DNA from: the human T2T-CHM13v2.0 reference genome, Homo sapiens
DNA: 64,000 nucleotides
Assembly (NCBI RefSeq): GCF_009914755.1
Contig: NC_060944.1
Reading direction: 5' to 3' (one strand)
Position 1 is the stretch's first letter, and each line of letters starts with the position of its first letter. The notes beneath the pieces were generated by a model. It was not told the origin of the DNA, searched no databases, and saw nothing but the letters and a program-made list of their open reading frames with translations. Positions 53,670 through 64,000 of this stretch are shown here, piece after piece. Position numbers and translations under genes: made by a program.

Positions 53670-54392
53670 TTTAAAACTTTTATTTTTAATTGTGGTAAAA
53701 TACACAGAATATACAATTTAACATCCTAACCACTTTTACGTGTACAGTTCAGTCATTTTAAACACACGGGATACCATTCTTGCACATCCAGTCTCCAGGA
53801 CTTTTTTCATCTTGCAACGCCAAAACTCTGTCCCCATTAAACACTAACTCCCCTTTCTTCCTCCCTCCTCCAGCTCCAGGCACCCACCCTTCTACTTTCT
53901 GTCTCTATGAATCTGACTGCTTTGGGCAACACCTATAAATGGAATCACACAGTATTTGTCCTTTTGTGACCGGCTTATTTCACTTAACAAAATGTCTTCA
54001 AGTTTCATCCGTGCTGTAGCCTGTCAGAATGTCCTTCCTTTTTAAGGCTGAATAATATTCCACTGTATGGATGGGCCACGTTTTGTTTATTCATCCCTGA
54101 ATGGTATGCAGCTTCCACATTTTTGTGATTGCGAGTAATGCTGCTGTGACTATGGGTGTGCAAATATCTCTTGGAGATCCTGCTTTCAAATCTTTCAGGG
54201 ACATACCCAGAAATGAAATCGCTGTGTCATATTGTAGCTCTATTTTCAATATTTTTGAGGAAGCACCATTCTGTTTTCCATAGTGGCTATAGCATTTTAC
54301 CTTCCCGCCGGCAGTCGGGAAGGGTTCCAATTTCTCCACATGTCCACCACCATTGTGATTTTCTGTTCTGTTTTGTTTTGTTTGATGGTGAC
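53670..54392 (-). mobile_element. L1M (L1MB-like) 3' end, interrupted by THE1
   Basis: ttttaattgtggtaaaatacac...ttctactttctgtctctatgaat...ttttaaggctgaataatattccac...agggttccaatttctccacat. Confidence 0.88.
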
Positions 54393-56670
54393 TGTATTAG
54401 TCTGTTTTCATGCTGCTGACAAAGACATACCCGAGACCAGGAAAAAAAAAAAGAGGTTAAATTGGACTTGCAGCTCCACATGGCTGGGGAGGCCTCAGAA
54501 TCATGGCGGGAGGCAAAAGGCACTTCTTACATGGCAGCAGCAAGAGAAAATGGGGAAGAAGCAAAGCTGAAACCCCTGATAAACCCATCAGATCTTGTGA
54601 GATTCACTATCATGAGAATAGCACAGGAAAGACCTACCCCCATGATTCAATTACCTCCCCCGAGTCCCTCCCACAACACATGGGCATTCTGGGAGATACA
54701 ATTCAAGTTGAGATTTGGTGGGGACACAGCCAAACCCATTTCACCCCTGGCCCCTCCAAATCTCATATCCTCACATTTCAAAGCCACCTATGCCTTCCCA
54801 ATAGTCCCCCAAATTCTTAACTCATTTCAGCATTAACTCAAAAGTCCACAGTCCAAAGTCTCATCTGAGACAAAGCAAGTCCCTTCTGCCTATGAGCCTC
54901 TAAAACCAAAAGCAAGCTAGTTACTTCCTAGACACAATGGAGGTACAGGTATCAGGTAAATACGGCCATTCCAAATGGGAGAAATTGGCCAAAATAAAGG
55001 GGTTACAGGGCCCATGCAAGTTCGAAATTCAGCAGGGCTCTCAAACTTTAAAGCTCCAAAATGATCTCCTTTGACTCCAGGTCTCACATCCAGGCCACAC
55101 TGATGCAAGAGGTGGCTTCCCATGGTCTTAGGCAGCTCCACCCCTGTGGCTTTGCAGGGTATGGCCTCCCTCCCAGCTGCTTTCATGGGCTGGCATTGAA
55201 CGTTGAGTGACCATGGCTTTTCCAGGCACACGGTTCAAGCTGTTGGATCTACCATTCTGGGGTCTGGAGGACAGTGGCCCTCTTCTCACAGCTCCACTAT
55301 GCTGCACCCCACTAGGGACTCTGTGTGGGAGTCCCAATTCCACATTTCCCTTCCCCACTGCCCTAGCGGAGGTTCTCCATGAGGGACCCACTCCTGCAGC
55401 AAACTTTTGCCTGGGCATCCAGGCATTTCCATACATTTTCTGAAATCTAGGTGCAGATTCCCAAACCTCAATTCTTGACTTCTGTGCACCCACAGGCTCA
55501 ACACCACGTGGAAGCTGCCAAGGCTTGGGGCTTCTACCCTCTGAAATCACAGCCCAAGCTGTACATTGACCCCTTTCAGCCATGGCTTGAGTGGCTGGGA
55601 CACAGGCCACCAAGTCCCTAGGGTGCACACAGCAGGGGGACCCAGAGACTGGCCCATGAAACCACTTTTTCCTCCTGGGCCTCCAGGCCTGTGATGGGAG
55701 GGGCTGCCATGAAGGTCTCTGACATGGCCTGGAGACATTCTCCCCATGGTCTTGAGGATTAACATTAGGCTTCTTGCTACTTATGCAAATTTCTGTAGCC
55801 AGCTTGAATTTCTCCCCAGAAAATGGATTCTTCTTTTCTATCGCATAGCCAGGCTGCAAATTTTCTGAACTTTTATGCTTTGTTTCCCTTTTAAAAGTGA
55901 ATGCCTTTAACACACCCAAGGCACCTCTTGAATGCTTTGCTGCTTAGAAATTTCTTCCACCAGATACCCTAAATCAGCTCTCTCAAATTCAAAGTTCCAC
56001 AAATCTCTAGGGTGGGGAAAAAATGCCGTCAGGCTCTTTGCTAAAACATAACAAGAGTCACCTTTGCTCCAGTTCCCAACAAGTTCCTTATCTCTATCTG
56101 AGACCACTTCAGCCTGGATTTTATTGTCCATATCACTATCAGCGTTTTGGGCAAAGCCATTCAACAAGTCTCTGGGCAATTCCAAACTTTTCCACATTTT
56201 CCTATCTTCTTCTGAGTCTTCCAAACTGTTCCAATCTCTACCTGTTAGCCAGTTCCAAAGTCACTTCCACATTTTTGGGTATTTTCTCAGCAATGCCCCA
56301 CTTTACTGGTACCAATTAATGTATTAGTCCATTTTCATGCTGCTGAAAAAGACATACCCGAGACTGGGAAGAAAAAGGTTTAATTGGACTTACAGTTCCA
56401 CATGGCTGGAGAGGCCTCAGAATCATGGCAAGAGGTGAAAGGCACTTCTTACATGACAGCAGCAAGAGAAAATGAGGAAGATGCAAAAGTGGAAACCCCT
56501 GATCAAACCATCAGATCTTGTGAGAATTAGTCATTATCACCAAAACAGCATGGGAAAGACTGGACTCCATGATTCAATTACCTCCCCCTGGGTGCCTCCC
56601 ACAACACGTGGGAATTCTGGGAGATACAATTCAAGTTGAGATTTGGTAGGGACACAGCCAAACCATATCA
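54393..56670 (-). mobile_element. Full-length THE1A MaLR provirus: 5' LTR 56320-56670, internal about 54741-56319, 3' LTR 54393-about 54740
   Basis: The 5' LTR starts TGATATGGTTTGGCTGTGTCC on the minus strand and both LTRs end ...CTAATACA. THE1A-type CTCAACTTGAATTGTATCTCCCAG is present. TSD GTGAC at 54388-54392 and 56671-56675. A polypurine tract precedes the 3' LTR. Broken internal ORF remnants are 55907..56224 and 55128..55919. Confidence 0.93.
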
Positions 56671-57864
56671 GTGACCATCCTGATCGCTGTGAGGTGGGCA
56701 GCCAGCATTTTAGAAGCCCTCCCACTGGCCTGGCTGCCACTTCACATGTATATATCATCTCACTGAATCCTTATGAAAACCCCTCTCAGAGGCAGGGGGA
56801 CACATCGTGCCCACTTTCCAGATGAGGACACTGAGGCTCAGACTGACTCTTGCCCAGGGTCACACAGCTGATCTGAATCTTTAAAGGCCCGTACTCTTCC
56901 CCACTCAGCCATACCAACTCTCTTCCTCACATGGGAGCTGCCAGTGACCTCTTAGCTGTGGCAACGATTCAATAAGGACAGCTCTGAGCTGAACCATGCT
57001 CTGCTCTTGGCACACTCGATGCACTCGCCACATAAATCTCCAAAGCTAAACTCAAAGTGAAGGTTCTGCATCCGACTCAGCTCCCTCTCAGACTTGTAAA
57101 TTTTGCTCCTGCCTAATGCCAGTCCTTGAGGGAGGGAGGCTGACAGCCTGAAGGTTTTGTAGCATTCACCCATCTCCTCATTACCCCTCCCCAGGCCCCC
57201 AGATTGGGGGGCAGGGCCCTGCCTGGCAAAGGGCACACAGGCAGCATTGTCTCCCCTGTTCCTGAACTGCTTCAACTCTCGAACTTTCCACCAAATGCTT
57301 CAGCTGCCAGCAATACCACCTGGAGTCCTACCCGCCTGGCTCTCCAAGAGGGTCTTTGGAGACACTGCCTCCTTGTTAGGTGCTGGGGGGCTGCGTCCAG
57401 AGACATGAGACCTGGAGGCGAGACCACAGGCAGGCATCTCCTTGGCCATCCTCTTGTCATGAGCCCTGAGCCTGCAGCCTGCACAGATGTTGGGGTAGGG
57501 GCCAGAGGGAATGATTGTACCACAAGATTAAACACTTCAATGTCAACATGTGTGCAGTGTTGCTTGAACAATGTTATCATTGTGAATTGAATGAACCAAA
57601 GGGTTTAGGGGATGGGGCAGGGAGAGGGAAAAAAGATGGGTTTAATTATCTCTAGAGCTGAGGCCAGTTCTTTGCCTAAAAAGACCCAGATGCCCGTAGA
57701 GCTGAAAAGAAAAATGGGCGGCAAGCACATGTTGCTCTTTCTACTATAGACCCAGACAGCCCCCTGGCCTACGGCTTCCCACCTCCCAGAGGGAGGAACG
57801 CAGTCTCCAGGGATGTCTGGGTTCCAACCCCATCCTCAGCTCATTGAAATTGAGGGAAAAGAAC

Positions 57865-58080
57865 CAGTGATTCTCAGCCAGAGCTGACTTTGTCCTCCCC
57901 TCACTCCCATGAAGGCACCCTGGGCATTGTCTGGAGTCATTTTTGGTTGTCATAACTTAGGAGGGGGTGCTCCTGGCATGTACTGGGTACAGACCAGGGA
58001 CACCGCTAAACATTTCACAATGCTCAGGATGGTCCCCCATCCAACCCCAAATGTGACTAGTGCTGAGTTGAGAGTCCTTG
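57865..58080 (+). mobile_element. MER20
   Basis: cagtgattctcagcc...ggcattgtctggagtcatttttggttgtcataac...ccaaatgtgactagtgctgagttgag. Confidence 0.85.
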
Positions 58081-58334
58081 ATCTGGACCGACAGACAGGC
58101 AGAGCTCAAGAGGGTCAAGAAACCTGGGGTTTGGCCTCATCTGAGCTGTGAGCTGGCTGGTATAACCCCAGGCTCACTGGGCCTCAGTTTCCTCCCATAA
58201 CAAAGGAAAGGACTGAATTTCTCTGAAGTCCCTTTTCTCGCCTATTAGACTGTACCATGTAAAAAGCTGCTGATACTCTACCAGTTTTGACCTGTATGGG
58301 GTTCACCCTAACACCTCGGGGCAGCTTGGAGGCT

Positions 58335-58805
58335 CTATCTGTGCTGTCTGGTAAAGCACACTGAGACACGTGGGGCTACTGAGCACTTGAAATGTGGCTT
58401 CCGTGACTGAGATCTGAATGTTTAATTGTATTTCATTGTAATTAATTTAAATGTAAACAGCTGCCAGGCACAGTGGCTCATGCCTGTAATCCCAGCACTT
58501 TGGGAGGGCAAGGCGGGTGGATCACTTGAGGTCAGGAGTTTGAGACCAGCCTGGCCAATATGCTGAAACATCGTCTCTACTAAAAATACAAAAATTAGCC
58601 AGGCATGGTGGCACGTGCCTGTAATCCCAGATACTCGGGAGGCTGAGGCACAAGAATCACTTGAACCCAGGAGGCGGAGGTTGCAGTGAGCCAAGATGGT
58701 GCCACTGCTCTCCAGCCTGGGCAACAGAGCAAAAATTCCATCTCAAAAAATAAAATAAAATCTAAACAGCTGTATGTGGCTCATGGCCTTCCTAGTGGAC
58801 AGCCC
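58335..58805. mobile_element. MER3-like hAT element split by an Alu
   Basis: gctactgagcacttgaaatgtggct...attaatttaaatgtaaacagc [Alu] taaacagctgtatgtggct...gtggacagc. Confidence 0.7.
58462..58760 (+). mobile_element. AluS (Sx/Sz-like) full length
   Basis: Complete dimer, with TSD-like aaat(g/c)taaacagc on both sides. Confidence 0.95.
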
Positions 58806-58947
58806 AGATCACAGGTGTCCCCATCATTGAAGAGGTGCTGTCGCCCACACTGCTTTGTAGCACCAAGGGTTTGCAGGGGGCCACTGCAAATGAGGGTCCC
58901 CGACTATGTTCTCAGAGATGTAGGAGAAAGTTTTTCTTTAAAACTGT

Positions 58948-59240
58948 GGGATTGGTGGCTCACGCCCATAATCCCAGCACTTTGGGAGGTCGAGGCAGGT
59001 GTATCACTTGAGTCCGGGAGACCAGCCTGGCTAACATGCCAAAACCCTGTCTCTACTAAAAATACAAAAATTAGCTAGGCGTGGTGGTGCATTCCTGTTC
59101 TCCCAGCTACTCAGGAGGCTGAGGCACAAGAATCGCTTGAACCCAGGAGGCAGAGGTTGCAGTGAGCTGAGATCGTACCACTGCACTCCTGGGTGACACA
59201 GCAAGACTCTGCCCTAAAAAAAAAATAATTAAAAAAATTA
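58948..59240 (+). mobile_element. AluS full length
   Basis: Complete dimeric Alu text with A-rich tail. Confidence 0.92.
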
Positions 59241-61077
59241 ATGAAATGGCGTTCCCAGTGTGAGAAATTCAGGAATTTAACTCCTGACTTACGGGTTTGA
59301 GGCCTGGGATGGGGGCTGTTGAACAGGTACAAGGATCCTCACTCTGCTCATGGGGTCACCTAGGGAGCAAACACTCCCCACCAAGCACCTGGCGAGTGGT
59401 ATCCTGCTGGTAATTGTTAGACGTGCCAAGTTCACGACCGCAGAGGCTTTGCTCCAGGCCTGCCCGGGCACCGCAGCCCCTCCCCACGGCTGAGTTGGTC
59501 TCACCCCCACTGACACTCTCCCTGGGCCTCCTTCCCTCTCAGCCCCTTTCATTTCCCTCCCATAGCCTAACTACTGGGATTATTTTGGTGAGAGACCTGC
59601 TGACCTGTTTCTCCACTGTCCTCTCTTCTAGATTTTAACTCCAGGAAAGTAAGAACTGAGCAAAGGAGCAGGACTCAGGAGGTTTCCAGAGCAGAGCCGG
59701 GCGAGAGGGCGAGTCTCGGCTCTGCCACTTGCTGGGGCGCGTCACTCCTCTTCTGTGAAATGCAGGTGTAGTAATAGCACTGACTCCACTGGGCTGCCAG
59801 TTAAAGCCCAGGAGTAAAGTAGACCAGGCATGCTCCACCTTCAGGATGCCCAGAGTCACACGCGAGCTTATTACAGCACAGGCCACTGGGCCCCACTTCC
59901 AGCATGTCTAAGGTGGGTGATCTAGGGTGGGCCCAAGAGCATGAATGTCTAACACATGCCCAGGTGATGGTGATAATGCAGGTCTAGAAACCCCACTTTG
60001 AGAACCAGAGGAAAGGAGAGTGTCCATGGAGTGCCTGGCACATGTAATAGTCTTGGAAGCTATTCGCTCTGATTGCTCTGTTGCTTAGCACTGTTCACAC
60101 ACCACCTCCCACGCTCACTTGCTGGGCACTCAGCAGCTTCTCCGGAGACTTAGTGAAGTGGGTTTTGAAACTCTCCCCGTGAGCAAATCAGGAGGAAGAC
60201 ACCGGCTCCTTAGCCTTACTCAGCCCAGGATGCAGGAGAGAACTGGGGTTGAGCGTGGGCCATGGGGCCTGGAGGTCTGGTTCACACGCAGGCTCTGCCA
60301 ATCACCAGCAGTGACCCAGGACAAGTTAACCCACCTCTGGAAGGCTCAACTTTTTCTCTCTATAAAATGGGGACAGGCAGAGGCCCCCAGTTCTGGGGCT
60401 GTTGGGAGAATTCAAGGACATGGAGGCTGGCCACCAGGGAGGGCAGCAGAGACCTGTGCCTTGCCTGCTCCCAGCCAGGCCAGAGCAGGCCCCAAGAGCA
60501 GCCAGGTGGGGGAAGTGAAGCTGCCGTCCTCCCTCCCTTCCCCAGGACAGGAGGAGCCTGCTCAGACCTTCCCCCCAGAGCAGCCAGAGAGGCTTGGGTC
60601 AGCTGGGCAGACACAGCTGGTTTAAGGTATTTTAGAGGCAAATCAAATCAAATGAGAATTTATAATCCTTCCTGAGGCCTGGGTTCCATCAGCCTAAACT
60701 CATTAGGCCCAGGAGATGCAGGTGCAGTGAAGGAAAAGATGGTTCTGCCTTTCCTCCATGCCCAGCCCCTGTCTCCCTTTCAAAATAAGAGTCTTCTTTA
60801 AAGCCACACTCTGTCCCTGGACCACAGTAATCAGCTTCATTTCTGAAAACAGGAAGGTGCAGAGACGTACAAAAGCCGCCCCAGGGGCTGATGGGGCAGA
60901 TTTGGTGGGAACTGGAAATCTTGAAGAGCCTCACTCATTTCAAGTTCACATTGTAAGAACTCAAACTTAAATCCCTAAGCTAAACGATCAAAACACCCTT
61001 CAAATTGCATGGTTGTCCTTTAAACCTCTTTCTGGTGTGGGAAGCAGGAGAATATGAGATCAAAACAAAAAAGTGGT

Positions 61078-61253
61078 GTTTTTTTTTAATTTTTATTTTT
61101 TATAGAGATAGGGTCTCACTCTGTCACTCCCAACTGGAGTGCAGTGATGTAATTACAGCTCACTGAAGCCTTGGACTCCTGAGCTCAAGTGATCCTCCTG
61201 CCTCAGCCTCCCAAAGTGCTGGAATTACAGGCATGAGGCACCCTACGGGGCCC
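61078..61253 (-). mobile_element. Monomer-length old Alu (AluJ/FRAM-like)
   Basis: Antisense Alu text joining right-arm 3' sequence to left-arm 5' sequence. Confidence 0.8.
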
Positions 61254-61299
61254 AGAGAATGGTTTTTAAATTACATTTTGTATCCTATATGAAATGTAA

Positions 61300-61676
<377 letters not shown>

Positions 61677-62411
61677 ATGGTTAGTGATTTAACAGTATTA
61701 TTGTACAATTAAATTTATATAAAGTTTATAAACAGGCAAGGTTAATTTATGCTATTAGAAAACAGGACAATAGTTACCGCTGGGTACAAGTACGAGGGGG
61801 TTCTGGTCGCTTCTGCTTCTTGATCTACACACTGGTTACCCTGTGTGATTGCCTTGTAAACACTCACAAGTGCTCTTGATTTCTGTGCTGTTCTGCACAC
61901 GTTACACCTCAATAAGCAGTTTCATTAAAACTCAATTAGCAGTTTTATTCATAATAAGTGTTGTTAGCTTTACCCATTGCCAGGTCTACTCAACACACGC
62001 TTGTCACCATACTAAGAGGCACAATCAATTCAACAGAAGCTCTTTGGGAAAATATACCAATATCTTAATCAATTTAAATACATCCTGGTTTTCAGAAACT
62101 TTGATAAGCAAAGATACAGGGCATTAGGCCTGACACACATAACTGTAAAACCCCTATGTGTCTTCCTCCTGCCCTCATGTGAGACTCTCCAATTAGCAAT
62201 GCTGTTGACTGGCCTGCTCCAAACCTATCCTTCAGGCTTGAGAAGCAGTTCAGGATCAAGTGTAAGAGGGAAGTCTCCAGGAACTGGATCTCCAAATCCA
62301 ATGATGCTTAACTGGGTATGTGGTCTTGGGCCAACTACCGCTCTCTGCTCATTTATCTGCTCTGTAAAATAGGGGTGATAATAACTGCCCCACCTGAAAT
62401 GGCTGTCATGA

Positions 62412-62740
<329 letters not shown>

Positions 62741-64000
62741 AAAGAGGACAAAGGGTGCTTGGCACATAGTAAGCCTTTGACAAATGTTCACTACTGGGAT
62801 GATTATTACAATGGCTAACATAGCTGTAATCAGATAGTAGACACACCTCCACACCCCAGCCCAGGCACAAAGGGCCAGAGGCTGACTCCAGCAACTGTGT
62901 TGATGCAGCCTGGTCTACCCTCTAGACCCAACTGATTCATGAGTGAACATGTGATTCAAACTGCTTAAGAGCCTCCCCCCAACAATTGTAGTTGAATGTA
63001 GTAGTTCAAACATATGACTAAGAACCCCAATTTCTTCTGTCTTCTTTGCTCCATCATTGTCTGCATGTTGACTTAATTCTTAGGCCTCTTGTCCCACAGT
63101 CACAAGATGGCTGCTGTGGTTCCAAGCAACATGTCTTCACAAAACCACATTCAAGGCAAGACAATGGGGACGAGAACAGAGAGTTCCGTTTGCTCAGCAG
63201 CCATTTAATAGAAAGCAAAATATTTTTCAGAACCACCTCTCAGCTTCTCCCCTAATCATCTCCTCCAACCAACGGGCTTAAGGAGGCACCCAGACCCTAT
63301 CACGTTAGTCTCCCACGGGAATAAGCAGAAGGAATATAGGTGCCCAGAACCCTTTACTAGAAAACATTTGATCAGGCTCCCAGTGTAAGCATGAGGTTCC
63401 ACCATTCCACCAGGGCAGGCAGGCGTTTCTTTCAAGCAGCTCTCCACCCTTGGCTAACAAACACTGACACAGATTCTTAAAATGCTTTGAGTCTCTTGCT
63501 CTGTTCATCCTCCACTCAGGGGAAACAGGAGCCGCCTGTCCCACAAGCAGAACTCAAACCAAGCTCCACCCCAGCCTCTGCTTCCTCCCAGGGGACAATA
63601 ATTCCTGACCTCCTCGGGTCATTTTCAAGAAATTTTGCCCCTATCTCAGGAGATCAGGAGGGTTATGTTAATAAAACAAAGCTTGTTTTCAGCAAACAAC
63701 TGGCTGTTGGCTAGAGTTCTATATAGTCCTCAAAGTTAGAGCTAATGTACCTACCTGTAGGTAGGTTTGAGTTTAAAGAATAACTAAAATCTTTCTATGA
63801 GCTACAGAGGGTCTGGTTAAATTAATGTCAATGTGCAACCAACCTTCTGTATATATTCACAGTGGAACACTATCATCTGGAGGCTTTGGAAGCTTGCTTA
63901 GGGCCTCTATTTATATGTGCATACAGTGGAACCACATCACATGTACAAATAACTTTTGTAAATCTAACTGTATACAACACAGGAAACAACGACAAAGAGG

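Noticed and set aside
55128-56224. 263-aa and 105-aa ORFs as a possible novel gene
   Set aside because: They are frameshifted remnants of the THE1 internal (MaLR) ORF.

Overview
This is human genomic DNA from inside BMP7 (bone morphogenetic protein 7/OP-1, 20q13), which is transcribed on the minus strand. The window has two internal coding exons for the TGF-beta-family prodomain: exon 2 (43966-44158, 193 bp) and exon 3 (18212-18360, 149 bp). Both have canonical GT/AG sites and splice in frame. Exon numbering comes from my recollection of the BMP7 structure. The rest is intronic: the 3' part of intron 1, all 25,605 bp of intron 2 and most of intron 3. The introns carry Alus (including a very young, human-specific AluYb9/Yb10-type insertion with TSDs), a full-length THE1A MaLR provirus with a 5-bp TSD in sense with BMP7, old L1/L2/MIR/MLT1 fragments, hAT DNA transposons (five MER20s), several minisatellites and simple repeats. 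Repeat subfamily calls were made by eye and the boundaries of old elements are approximate. Almost all entries in the ORF track are spurious, and I found no convincing undescribed gene system. The best leads are a repeat-free SOX/FOX/homeodomain motif cluster about 4 kb upstream of exon 2 (candidate developmental enhancer), the sense-oriented THE1A with DUX4-type motifs and a retained poly(A) signal, the young AluYb, a stop-free circular frame formed by exons 2+3, and an AGCT-dense GT-skewed minisatellite.
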